Part shown: in pieces, positions 14,101 through 27,900 of the stretch | Numbering within the stretch: position 1 is the first letter of the stretch | Layout of the letters: each line of letters opens with the position of its first letter | Source of the DNA: Trichoplax adhaerens | Taxonomy: Eukaryota > Animalia > Placozoa | Length of the DNA stretch: 64,000 nucleotides | NCBI RefSeq assembly: GCF_000150275.1 | Contig: NW_002060972.1 | Coordinates: forward strand, 186,001-250,000 | Direction of reading: 5' to 3' | Made by a program: the position numbers and the translations under genes | Notes under the pieces: model-generated | The model's database searches: none | What the model was told of the DNA's origin: nothing | The model's input: only the letters and a program-made list of their open reading frames with translations

Positions 14101-15624
14101 GGGTAATAATATGCTTCATCTTTAAATAACTGCAGAAATTTTCGACCCCTGCCAATCAAATCCTTGCCATAGTGGCGTATGTATTTCTGAAAATAATACC
14201 TATAAATGCCGATGTTATCCTGGTTTTCACGGAGAAAATTGCGAGCGACGTAAGCAAATTTTCGTAAAATTCTTGTTTCTAGCAGCTAACAGAAATCATT
14301 ATTAAACTTTCTGTAAGCTATAATCAAGATAGACCAGAATAGCTGTATGATAGTTGATTGAAGATTTTAAGAGAGTCCCTTAAAAATGTCACACAGAAAT
14401 CTATACCTTATAGTGATGACTTAAATATAGGATAAATTCAATTTTGATGTTCATTTACAATTGAAATTTCAGATTACTGTCTACCTAGTCCATGCCAAAA
14501 TGGTTTGTGTTCTGCAAATGCAACAGGTTATAAATGTATCTGTAATACTGGATACTACGGAAAGAGATGTCATTTGCGTAAGTACCATATTCAAGAGTTT
14601 TAAAATCTCCAAGAAATAGTCACTTTTATATTTGTATTCGATTTAATATAAATTTAAAAAAGTAACATTTTCTGTCATGCTAGATTACTGTCGTCCTGAT
14701 CCTTGCCGACTTGGCATATGTGTTGTTAAAACAGATGGCTATAAATGTCGTTGCTTACCTGGATATCATGGAACGAACTGTGATAGAAGTAAGTGAATAT
14801 ACATTAATGCACTTTATATTAAGCTCAGAAGCAGCGTATATTAATAAGAGTTTCATAAAATACTGAGATTCCTTAACCCAGAGTCAAACTTACTACATCA
14901 GATATACAGTATTGCATCCAGCAGTTTATAAATTGGCCCTTTTCTGAATTGAAATTTAATAAAATTAGAGATTACACTGTTTTTCAGATAGCTTACGAAT
15001 AATAAAATTGAAACCAGTTGCGTTAGAAAGGCATATGTTTTTAAACTTAGAGCTTAAGTACATTTTGCCAAAAATGATACGACGCAACATAGTTTCAGAC
15101 TAATTCAATTCTCATGATACTGTATTCACGTTTAAAAATAACGCCTTCCAATTCTACTGCATACATTGATCATAAAAGTAATCCTTGATCGTCTGCCGTA
15201 CCTTGCTAGTTATAGTTCAGCTAGTTATATGAGTGAGCTGACACATTTTAACTTTTCTACCTTACCATAGCTGCAGGCCTAGGCTACATTATTTCAATAT
15301 TAGGACCTTAGAGAGTATTTCCTTAACTGTAACTGTAGTTAAAGGCATTATCTTTTTCATTCATCATGTAAATTTATTTCTATGATAGTAGACTCAGAGT
15401 TGTCTCAATTATTTCAGAAATATTACGCCACTCATTCTAGAACATTAGGTAATTGTCTTTATACTTGTTGTTGATACTATAATTCACGTTTGTGACTTTA
15501 TAATTTTTAACTAGGTTATTGCGATTCCAATCCATGCATTCATGGTAAATGTTACAAGACAATAAACGGTTACCGCTGCCAATGTAAACCTGGCTATTAT
15601 GGTGAAGGTTGTCAAAGTAGATAG
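11124..15624 (+). CDS. Second D8C-like + EGF-repeat protein (D8C followed by 6 EGF exons), 5' exons not identified
   Basis: Phase-1 exons at 11124-11318 (DPCSK...RWYRT...NC...RWI), 12091-12243 (RRNLCFHFGQARC...KKCSDYMVYK), and EGF exons 12368-12481, 13719-13823, 14136-14249, 14473-14577, 14684-14788 and 15515-15624. The last reads through to CQSR*. Confidence 0.8.
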
Positions 15625-17851
15625 AAATCCATCAGTTACTATTTACATGCTGCTTTCTGATAAAAGAATAACAATAATAATAGCTGCAGTACTTGAGTAA
15701 ATTGTTAAAGATTATCCGAGATCGTAGATTATAGGCTCGGCATATGATGCAAATATGCCTATTTTAGTATTGAATGTATTTTATATCGAGACAATCTATT
15801 TCTTTTTACTAGCTGCAGACTTCATCGAAGAGCTAAATTAGTATATTGCTGTAACGTACTGTACTGCTAGACAGAATAATTTGTACATTTGATTGATTTG
15901 TAAAAACGGCAATGCCGTCCTAAACTGAATTTATTGATTAGCTAAACCTATTTTCAGATCACTGATCATGGTTCTGTATAGCAAGAGCGTCTTACTTGCT
16001 TATACTATTGGAACTCTTGATTAAACTTTCCTCTATAAAACCAACATCGTAAAGCTGTTGATTCACCTTTCACACACGATATTTTATAAGTATTGATTAT
16101 AGCGTGTTGATCGTAATTTATTTGCTACACGCTACCGAAGAAGTAACAATGTTTACAGTTTGAAATTAAAATGAAATTATTAGTACGTGAGTTATCTGAA
16201 CAACTAATAGATTATTGCATAATGATTAGATTTAAATTAATATTTATGAAATTTTAAACCTTAAAATTTTATGTTACTCTTAGTGAATCATTTATTTGTG
16301 CTTTATATTTTCTGTATTACATAACTGAATTAGAATATTGAGTGGGTTAAAATTATTCTTTAATCTTAAAGATTGTAAAATAAATGTTTAAATTCTTGGG
16401 TAGCCATATAAGCACGCCCATAAGAACAAATTTAAGGAGAAAGTAAAAATTTAATAAGAGAGTAATCGAGTTTTATTGCACAATCTTATGGTGATTTAGG
16501 ACACCGGTGCTTTATTCAACCCTTGTTAAAATAGTACACACGTTATATTAACGAAATAGATAAAATTATCAGTGCAAACAAGATACTTTGTGAAAAATGT
16601 GAATGAAGTCAATTTGCTTTGCATTAATTTTAGAGAATTTCTCGGCTATCGTTGAAAAACATGTTACAATCTAGATAGCAATAACAGGAAAATGAGATGC
16701 TAATTGAATAATTTCGCCTGTAATTTCGAAATAGGCCGCCATGAATCTGGAAACCAACTAAGTGAAATACTTTATTATATGCAATATTAAAGATCGAATA
16801 TATCGTATACCATTGATGCCTATCACTAAATCTTATACCGTAATCTAAACAATCTTTACTTTATTTATTAAATGAGACAATAGTTGTGTTCTTGAATAAT
16901 CTGAAAAGTAATGAAAAATCTATTGAGTACAATTACTTAGCCAATTCCATCATCATGGATCTTATCAGGATCCAAAATCAATCTCAGTGTCAGATTCTTA
17001 AACGAAATTAATTGTAGTAGTAACATGAAAACGCTTAAACGACAATAAAAGTAAAACTTTACACTAGCGAAATGACAGAGCTAAGTTGTGAATGGATATA
17101 ACTCTAGCATTAAACTTGATGATGCCGATTTAGAACAGAGAATCGGTGTCGAGTTGAGTTCAAATATAGTTTCATAAATTTTTGAATTTTAAATCTCGCA
17201 TACTAGGAATATATTCAAGTGTACTGTACTCTATATACGAGTAAACACGCCATTTTAGAATTAATTATAAAATTTTCAGCTTTCTGACTGAATCAGAATT
17301 AATTTATAGCAGGTAAATGTATGGCGATATTATACAGCGCATAGAAAATTGTGATAGTTACTCATGCATAACATACTTTACCGATGAAAATCGCATACAA
17401 TCCATCGAGTGTAGAGTGCAATGGTAACATTTATATAATAAGATTTTGAAGTGATCATTGCTTACTTTGCTTAATTAATAAATAGCTTCATATATATTAT
17501 AATAGGTATGTTTTTTCACATTTGACTAGAACTGATTATTAATTATTTGCCTTAATTATGTATTAAATAGTCTTATGTATATTATGATAGGACTATTGTA
17601 TTTATGCCATTATACAAATTTAATTGGGCAAATAAACTCATTAAAAAAAAATGAACTGATTATGTAGTAGCATAGAATACAAAATCGGCATGGTAATTGC
17701 CGTCGGATGGTTAAAGTTGAGATTATATTGCCAAGCATGGAGAAGGCTAATGTCTTACATTTAGAAAATTAAAAGATAAACAGTTATTCCGTTGTATATG
17801 GTATTAAATGATATTACTATATGAATTTTAATAATATGTATTGTACATGAA

Positions 17852-20800
17852 GTGAACTATCAGGCAATAGCGGATACTTGTAGGAGAGAATTCTTTTATG
17901 ATGATATTGTAACAATACACGCCGTATTACAATTTACAAAATTGTCTCCATGTGAAGCTATGATAAGTAATAATTCACATACATTCCGATTATTACGTGG
18001 AAGAAAATTCAAATTTTATCATGACCAAAATTCAAGTACTTCGCTTTATTAGCCTATTAATCATGCCGATAAGTTTTAGGAGCTATTTTGTTTCCCGCTA
18101 TAGGTGCAAAACTTTTGTCTACTTGAAATTAATGCAGTAATACTTATATCCCCGTAAATATACTAAAGTCACTATAGAACACAATATAACCTTTATTATT
18201 GATATTTATTTATAATACCCTCGGTAATCTTTCATTCGTTGACGACTTAAATTATAACATTTTGTTTGCATTCTCGATAGGTCCCTATTACAGGAAATTG
18301 TGAAAGGGCTAATCATGCTAAAGTAACTAAAATTTTATTAGACATTTATTGTTGGCGTTTTCAAAGTGTAGATTGTAATCAAATTGTATCAATTTAATAT
18401 TCAAACAAGAACACTATCATCATCTTGTGCTTTTCAAATGACGTTCCGGATTATATTACTGCTGCAGTTTTGTGGCAAGCTACAGTTTTGCAACAAAATA
18501 TGCAATTATTTTTTGGGTAAATACGCATTTTGCTAAAATTTCACCTCGCGACTTGCCTCTAACTTCTAATAATGTCTACGTGATAAGAGAGGAAATTATA
18601 AACACCATTTGCAATCAATTGAAGATTGTCGATGAGTCATCTGGCCATATTTTAATCGACGGCATTTTTGGTAGCGATAAAACCATTGCTGCTTGCCAAT
18701 CTATACACGAAGCGTCAAAAAAAGGCTATTTTAAATCAAACGGTTGTTATTGGATGAATGTTGGTAAGTTTGTAAATTAGCATAATTTACAATTCCGTTT
18801 AACGGTTTCAATCTTGAAGAAGAATAGCTGATATTGGAACTGCATTTATTTTAATACATAAAAATAGTTGTGTAGTCGATGAAATCGAAGAAAGATATAA
18901 AATATCATTCAAACTTAGACTTCTGCTTAATGATAACAAGTGCCTAATTTTCAAATTTCCATATCCCAAGTAAATAATTGAAATAGGATAAGCGTAGACA
19001 TGCATTTTAAATACCTTAAAAGAAATTGATAATCGCACACTGTATACCATACTGACATTTAGGTGCTAATCGTTACTTCTCTGCTCAGGTAATGTATCAA
19101 ATAACGAGCAATTTGTTCAGCTCAAGATACTGGGAATAAGTCTTGGTTTAAAGTGGCAAGAATCCTTTCAATTTATTTATGAAATTTTTGCCTGTCTCCG
19201 TAGTTATGTACGAGGTGACTATTTTGTCTTCCTTACTCACTAAATTTAGCTAATATTAAGTTACACTGCGATACTGATAATAAAAAATTAACTCTTTTGG
19301 AAATAGTCAACTATCCGACATACTATTTTTTGTTGATGGCATCTTGAAGAAGAATCATTACAACTATTTGTCGTTCGCTAAAGAGTCGATTGCGACTTCA
19401 CGGTTTATGCATTATGAAAATGAGATGAGCCATCTGTCACAAAACAGCTTTCGTGAACGTACCTTAAACTACTATCTACTCTTATGGTTCTCCGACTAAC
19501 TCCGGAGATCCTCAGTAAGGGAAAACTAACTTATTCCTATACTATAGTAATCAAGTCAAAATGATAGGTTTAGGTTAATCAATATCTTCATTACTAGCTT
19601 GCTTACGTTTGTACCAGTGTACTCTACGTTAGCCTTAGTGGAACTGAGATTAAAAATTAATAATAAAGCTTATATACAGTTTCATATGTCAAACAAATAA
19701 GATCAGTGCTAATCTTTCACATTAAATTATAGAATATGCAATACAGGCTTACTATAGATTCGACTAGATCGAGTGTTACATATTACTTGCCATAAATTAA
19801 TATTACTAGTGCAAACTTCCGTCGCTTTGCTGACGGTTTACGATAATGTGCTCATTTAACAGAAAGTATTATCATTTGATAGACCTGTCAGAGGTTCAGT
19901 AACTTTATACTGTATATCCACGCTGTATATTACTACGATAATTAATAACAAACTCAATTAACAACTAGGTTGTTGTCGAGATCGGCAACCTCCATAATAA
20001 CATTATTACGCATATTAGATCAAAATATTATTCATTTCGGGGCGAACTCCGTCACACCATCATTGCATCCGTTTGCGGGTTGGTATTTTAATTGAATTTT
20101 TGTATCTAATATGATGTTATGTTTGATGAATGAATATTAAAATAATAATGCCATTGGTACGGCAGTACATACGAGTACATTAAACTTCACATGTATAAAG
20201 AGAATGTTTCTATAACTAACATCATAGTTGTTTACTGTGCTATGTTTTTCCAATAAATAAATCAGAGTTCTTTTAGAAGAATTTAGAATTTAGTTTCACC
20301 TTTCAATATAAAACAAATCTAATTAAGCACACGGAATTAAAGATTTATACTACAGATAATTTCTATCAATTTATTTTCACATTTTGTTATCAAATAAAAG
20401 ATCAAAAGCAATTTGATGAAAAATTAGCATTATATCGAATGCTTTTTCTGCGCATAGAAGCAACTAAGCTATGATGAATCGATAAAATTGCTAACACTAC
20501 GATGCCAAGAGCATAATACTCAGAATTTACATGAAAAACAAGTTGTTAGGAGAATCATTGAAAGTTGTGATGGGCTACCATTGGCTATTAGTTTAATTCT
20601 GGGCCTGTAACTGAAAACTGAAAAAGGCTGAGTTAGAGTAGAAGCGACCCTTGAAAGTGAATCAGTGTCAATGAAATATGCAAATTATAGTTTCAATCTT
20701 CACGGAATGCTACTATTAAGCCATGAATCGCTGAAAAATAGAAAATTATTAAAATATTAGGCAGTTTTACGCCAGTCGATATTCCTATTCAATCTATTGC

Positions 20801-20890
20801 ATCAGTTTGGGGCCTCAATCTAGAAGTTATGAATCAGATCTTAGAGGAAATGAATGACAAATCATTACTAAAATATATGAAGGAAAGCAG
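17852..20890 (+). pseudogene. Apaf-1-like NB-ARC pseudogene (possible N-terminal death-fold remnant, NBD, HD1, WHD)
   Basis: Walker A region GIFGSDKT (18661-18684, G to D), GCYWMNVG, Walker B region ILFFVDGI (about 19320), CDGLPLAI (about 20570) and WHD IPIQSIASVW...EMNDKSLL. In-frame stops at 20608, 20629 and 20758, plus a 1-bp frameshift at about 20768. Confidence 0.85.
18181..18490 (+). pseudogene. Second copy of the decayed exon at 9181-9500, lying just before the NB-ARC exon
   Basis: By-eye alignment with 9181-9500. Translation ITGNCERANHAKVTKILLDIYCWRFQSVDCNQIVSI*YSNK. Confidence 0.5.
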
Positions 20891-21180
20891 GTAAGCAAGA
20901 AGTTTAGAATTTATTACGTTTCTGATGTAAAAGTTTTAAAATTAACTACAGTGCCTTAAAAATTTCCAAATTATTCTTCTTGTTTGTAGATGACTGTAAA
21001 ATAAGTTGTATTAAATAGAAGCAACGTTATGCTATTCTATATTCAACATGTAAAAAACATAAATTTTCACTGTATTCAGGATATAGCTAGTTACCTTAGC
21101 ACAATGTAAGGTTGTAATAAAGGCCTAGAGGACTACTTAGAGCCTTTACTTCTTTAAATAATGTGACTTTTTTAACATTA

Positions 21181-21490
21181 ATAACATTCCAGTTATTGCT
21201 CTGTTGATGTAGAATTTAGACGATATAGATCAACTGTAGGTGTTGATATCACTACCCTACGCAATTTGCTTGAATTCTCTTATAAGTGGCACTTGATTCT
21301 TTCAATTTCTTATATTGAGAAAATAAAGAATTATGAAGAAGAGGTATTTACAACAACTTTACTCTATCATGCATAAATATCCTCGGTGATTCTTGCTCTG
21401 TAACTTGTAATCAGCCATCGCTATCGGTACGGAAGATGAAGATGCCAACCAGCATCATTATGATAAAGGTAAACAGGTAATATAATTTAA
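21181..21490 (+). pseudogene. Degenerate exon remnant paralogous to 5490-5800
   Basis: Translation VEFRRYRSTVGVDITTLRNLL... ends in a stop, and the DNA aligns with 5490-5800. Confidence 0.4.
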
Positions 21491-24189
21491 TGGACGTAAT
21501 CTACATTGCAGAAGTAGGATTATCATCAACATCGTCTATCTAGGTGCATCCTCAATCATCAAGGTGTATCCTTTACGGTATTTTTCATGGCTTTGCCCTT
21601 AATTACAATGGCCTTGATAGACATTACTCAAAGTATTAAAGTAGAATTGATTATGCCAACTTTGACTAATTACAGATAGTCAACTTCCCAAGAAGATGGT
21701 GAAAAACATAAGGAATTACTAAGATGTTAAACTGACTAAAACAATACATGTTACGGTCAAAACCCGATATTCGGCCAATACGATAGTTTGATAGTTTGTA
21801 TGTGGACAAGGTAGAGGAGTATGAATGAGAAATTCAATTTGATAGCAACATTGGGTATGCTAGCGCTATGCATACAAAGATTGAGCTATAAGAATGTTGA
21901 TCATATATATTAATATGCTCACTGACTGGAATAATAAGGTCTTAAATGAACTGAATGATAATCAAATGACTAATTACGAATCGTATGGTTACCGCATACT
22001 GTTTCTCTATTGAAACCTTTAAATGAAGCAAAATACGTTGCAAAACCGTTTACCATCACTTGTTTGACTTTAGCAGTGCCAATAAATGTTCTTAAACTAT
22101 GGTAAGCTCTAAAAGTGTTTTCAATTTACCGTTCCTAAATTCTAATTTTATTTGCATGATAATAGCTCAAATTCAAAAAGTAATTCAAAATAATTTATTG
22201 TTGTTTCTTTCTTCGCAAACGGTGCTGTTACATTATTCATTAAATTAATGAAGTCAAAGTGAATAAGCTGGTCGCATGACAATCGAATAAATTCCTTTTC
22301 CTACTTTCCGTTCCTATCTCACTCTTTCCGCCTTTTTGACAGGCAAATTTATTACTTACTTTCTCTTCATCAGCTCCATTACACCATTAGTTTGTGTATC
22401 AAGAACTGTGTATCCCGTCTTTCCCAATAGATCAAGCAGGAGAGAACTGGTACGGATAAACGTTATCATTCAAAATTAATTTTTTAAGTGTTCATCCCAA
22501 ATTCTCTATATTTATTTTCTTCCGTGTATTATATGCTGCATGTTTGTCATAAGTTTGACGCCCCTTAATTCCATTCTTAACTTAACATTACTCGATAGCC
22601 CATGTTCCAGTTTTTAACCTTCGCTTGTGATTTATTTTATTCTGATACAGTATTAAATTTCATAATTGAACTTACGTATTGAAAGATATTTGTTTTAAAG
22701 CCTAATATTTCTTCACTAAGCATCAATAATCATTACAAATAATCTATCCTAGATAGAACAGCGCTTTACAGTACTTATTTTCATGCCAAAGTGCACTTCA
22801 AGGAAGCGAAAAGACATCCAAAAATGGAGCTAATACGTTAGCGTAAATAAATTAGATTGCCAACCCACTATCTTAAACGCAGAGATGAAAACACTTTTTC
22901 TTCCTAATATTTTATCGCTTTAGTCTTAAATAGCTTACAGCGAATTTACTTTAAGGGTTTATGAATGATAATTAGGGGTTTATATAGTCCATCAGTTTCT
23001 TCGAATATGACTAGTATCATTTTGTGAAGTTGTACGCTCATGGATAACTCGGTAGGTGACTGCAATCATTTCAAGTTATAAACACATATTTAGGTATAAC
23101 TTTATCAGTACAATAATCTAATCTATGTTTTTCTACTCACTATTCCAACATCCAAAGATCATGCTGCACTTAGTTTTCAGTGGTCTGGGTCAGGCACCAA
23201 GCAAATGCAGTGATTTCAGAGTTAGAATTGTTCACAAATGGATCTTATTTATAACAGACTATTTGGCCTGATAAGTTGTCCTTTTACTACTATTTCGACT
23301 CGATAAAGCGTACACGATTGACATAAATTTAGCGGATTCTTCACGTATTTATGTCACAATTTCACTTCTGCGACAAGGTAACGTACAGTAAAAGTCTATA
23401 AGTAGCTACTGACTTAAAACGTCCTTTTACTTAACGTTAAACACACACAGCAAAAGACTGTAAAGATGAAACTTTTATTAGCAAAGATACATCTATAAAT
23501 TTTTACCACCACTGAACTCAAATGTTCCCGTTTATATTGGAAGCTTCTAATTTATAAGCAACTACAGTGTTCTTATTATACCTTACTAGGAGAAACATCT
23601 CGAACTGAGATGTTCCTTACATAGCTTTTCTATCAGTAAATATTTTAAATCTCTTACTCATACTTAATCTAAATCTAAGCTCGTAGGTTGTCTAATTCAA
23701 CTATCTTCAACTAGAACTTTAATCATCTTACTGCTATCTATCACACAAGAACAATTAATATTGAATATGCAATGAACTATTACAAACAACATCCATGTTA
23801 AGGCATTACTTATCTTACCTAGCACTACAAATATGGATATTCTCCATACTAGCTACTACTGTACTTAGTAAACTATCCTAATGACAAGGCAACACCGTAA
23901 TAATTTAAACATATTATTTGTCTCAACAAAGGATACAAAAATAATAATTGTAATGTATTTGTGATGTTACTATTATTATTTAGTTGTCTTACTGCAGTTG
24001 ATGGCTTATAAGAAGTTAAAAGAAGACTATTATTCTTATAGCCACTCAATATTTTTTTAAAGTTAATGCAAGTAATAACTGGCTTTGATGAAATAGAGTA
24101 CGAGTGCACAATTTTAGCGATATATCAGGCCATACTAACTTATTTCATTATCATAGTTTGATGCTTTGATGAAAATATTTTTCATCTTC

Positions 24190-24450
24190 TATGAGTAACA
24201 TATGCCAATATTAGCTTATGTGCGTGTATCCAGTGCGGTACTTCTTGCATGCATTAATCTTTATCTTTGGCAAGCTCGTTGTCAATCGTTCTATTTCTTG
24301 CATTATTCAACCTTTGTTCTGTCTAATCAAATATTATATACGGACCTATTAGAATTGCTAACATGTATTATGTAGAAACATATCACGTTGCCGTCCTATG
24401 TATCATTCGTTTATTAAGTATAAAATGGCCATTCTTACAACTGCTGACTG
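24190..24450 (+). pseudogene. Possible rhodopsin-class GPCR fragment (TM2-TM3/ICL2)
   Basis: A hydrophobic frame with stops ends in ETYHVAVLCIIRLLSIKWPFL, which resembles the TM3 'hL..Is.(D)Ry.aI..Pl' motif. Confidence 0.35.
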
Positions 24451-24939
24451 CAGTCATCGCCAGTGCAAAATTTAAATTATCAACATTCAATGGCTACCAG
24501 TAGAACTGAAATGTTACAAAACGCTTATATTTTTTTTTCAGCTGAAAAATTAACCTTAAAGTAAATACAAAATGATCATTTTAGATTCTTTCTCCATCGT
24601 GCTATAGCGACCATATCAATCAGTCTACTCAAAATTTCAATTTTTGCTCCTAATATTACCGCAATTGTCAAGTTTATCCATACAATGAAATCAATTAAAT
24701 GTTTATCTAATGATATAACAAAAAGTTTAGTCTAAAAGAATCATTGTAATGCTGTAAAAGAACCATAACTGCGATATCTGGCTGAAACTACAGTTATCCT
24801 CTAAAACTTAGTATTTCATTTTCGCCATAGCTAATTTTAATTCACATCTGGTGTACGTATATACTGTATGTAATGCTCCAAATTTATCTTAAATTGGATC
24901 TTGCATATTTTTCATTTAGGAGTAAGAACTACATTTAAA

Positions 24940-27900
24940 ATGGTTGTAAGCAAGTATATTAAAAGTGTGATCGACAAAAATTATTTAGAAATAAGGGCAA
25001 TAGTCCCTTTGGTAGATATATCGTATGATTTGCGGGCTATACAAATCCTATCCAATGAAGAAGTTGAAAAGCTAAGAGATGACTGTAAATCTGACAAAGA
25101 ACGAGCCTTTGAATTCCTAAAAATACTGGAATCAAGCAGTGACGAAAATTTTTATCAATTCTGCAGCTTACTAAAAGTGAGTAATATTCGAAATGTTCAG
25201 AAACTTGGCGAGCGATTAGAAAAAGAGGCCTATAAAACTACAGAAATAAAAGGTAACCTTATTGCTTGTCAAATTAGGTATCCTTTTCAAAGTATTTATA
25301 ACAAGCTTTCGCTAACTATTTCAAAAATATCGCTAATTATATGCTTTACATTCATTACATATTTTTATATTAATTTAGAACACTCTAAAAATCATTATCA
25401 GGTACTGAATAACCTACATCAATCAATAGAAGGTAATAAGGATCGTATACTGCTGTAACGTAGAGTTCTGGAATTTGCATAATTCGTTCTCTGTTTTACA
25501 AATCAGCCGATTGTTTTACTATGGAATTTCACTTTGTGTATTCCATAATTAAGATTAATGCAGATGCAAAGAGGTATCTCTCGGTTTTATTTTCACTCAT
25601 TGTGCACGTAACATCGTTCTCTTTGTATCTAACTGCTAGAAAATCCTATTTTGCATCCTTTTCGCAACATGATATCCAAGTTGCTCGATTGGAATTCACC
25701 ATCCTATACATCATCCTCACTAATCGGTGTGTTCTCTAACATTACAGATATTAACAACTCGCTTTATTTTTCTTTTCCTAACTTGCATGAGCTGTCCAGT
25801 TTGTATATAGCCTGAAATCTCCCAATAATTTATTAAATTTGCATTCAGTTAATAAGGATAATATAAGTTCTCAACGACAACAATAAATCTACGGTATAAT
25901 TATGGTCAAAGTGATGGTTGATTAATATTATAATAAGTTACATCTTTCAGAATGAATACAATTAAAAGACTACTTTTAAGCTCACGTAGATTACTATACA
26001 ATTAATCGTTCAATCCGAGAATTTCGTTGTTTGATACAGGATTGTAATTTTAAGATAACTAGCTAACTACAATTTCGATCTAGATGGGACTTTGGAATCA
26101 AGTTTCAATTCTTTGGATGAAGATAAAATGCGATTATTTGAGCAGTTGGCTGTATTTAAGCGAGTCAATATTCCCATTCAATCTGTTGTATCGTTATGGA
26201 ACTGCAATCAAACGAAAGCTCATCTTTACTTAACGGAAATGAATAATAAATCATTACTTACTTACGAGTATGATGCAGACAAGTAAGTTTAATCAAGTTT
26301 CGGAAAGTTAAGTTAATTGAGGGATCTCCAATTTTGTAATGCGAGATATTTAACATACAAAGCATGACCGAAAGTGTAGTTGCATATGTATTTGGTTATT
26401 AATATGGAATGTACAGATTTAACGAGTCTAAAATAATTTAATAACTATTTTAAATTCATTATGGCTGTATTTGCACGTCGAATAAGCTTGATGTAGCTTG
26501 CTTTATTCAATCTTTTACCTACAGAGCATACTTTTTTATCTACCTATTAATATACTTGAATTCTATTTATAAAGGAATCATGATAGTTACGATAATTGGT
26601 TGTTCTAATTTCTGACTACATAGGCTTCTATTCAGTATTAATTCTCCAAATACTGTACAGAATATGATCAATCGTTAGTTATACAGTAGGTTGATAATAT
26701 TGCGCCATTTAGGTTCGTGTAATTTTTTATCGTTTTAGTAAACGACGTCGCAAAATACAATTTAACTCCAGATGTCTTTATTATACAACTCTGTCAATCT
26801 ATATTATGTATTGTGTTCTCTCCAGTAGTCATTACATGAGCATTGTCTAATGCACAGAAGATATTCTACACAGTAAATTCAATTCTAAGCCTCTTCGATT
26901 AGGCTCTCAGATTTAGTGAACTCCTTTTATTGAACTAGCTATCGGTCTTTTCAATTTGCTACAATTTTATCTGATAGTAAATTATGATTATGATTACGTT
27001 TGACGGTAAATTATGATTTCCTATTCTCTAAAGTAATTTGTTTCTGTGATCCAATTGATCTGAAATTTCCATCCTATATGTTCTACTCAATAATATGAGT
27101 CAGTGCTATTAAATAGATAGTTTTACATGCGCTATACAGTACCTGCATTCATTCTCATGCAACATAATGCAATGCAAACAACACTAAAATGAATAGCCTT
27201 GCATTAACTACTGTATATAGTATTAATTCCTTTTATTTCCGTTACTTTGTCAAGATCTTACTGTGTTTTACACGATTTGATGGTGGACTATCTACACCAA
27301 CGACTCTACTCACAGACATCCAGCCAAGATTATTGCAAAATACTAAACAAAATGTTGATCGATGGTTACCGTAAGCAATGCGATGGACGGTGGAATACCT
27401 TCCATGATGATGGCTATTTCTATCTTAATCTTATTTATCATGCTTTAATAGCTGAAAGTAATGAAGATCTTCAAACTATTATGACTGATTTCAATTGGAT
27501 GAAATGTAAAATCCAATCAGACAAAACGATCTATAACCTCGTCTGCGATTTAACAGACTATATCGACTATCTAAAGGAAAGAAAAGAGGTACCATACTGA
27601 ATTGACGTTCTTAATTTGCTAGAATGGAAAGATTGATTACTTTACAAGCGCTTTTTCTCAAAATAGTCCATAACCAATATCGTTTTAATGGTTAATTTAC
27701 ATTCAGAACGGGAAGGACCTTCGTCAACTCGTGGTGCTTCTCAAGCAACAACAACCTCGCCTAGATGCTGTCGATGCAGATATCATTAAAATGATCTTAT
27801 GGGATGATATGTCAGATAGTTGGATGAAAAAACGAGCTTTACAATTAGCTAAGGAAAATGTGCGAAATGGCGATGACAATTTAAGTTACTGGAGCATGTC

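Noticed and set aside
23400-23950. Possible LRR remnants upstream of the GPCR-like fragment (LGR-type pseudogene)
   Set aside because: Leu/Asn-rich reads occur by chance in AT-rich DNA, and I recovered no clean LxxLxLxxN repeat.
18472-26084. Idea that the upstream NB-ARC exons supply the missing NBD of the 24940 gene
   Set aside because: They lie 5' of the CARD exon (wrong order) and carry stops, a frameshift and a mutated P-loop.
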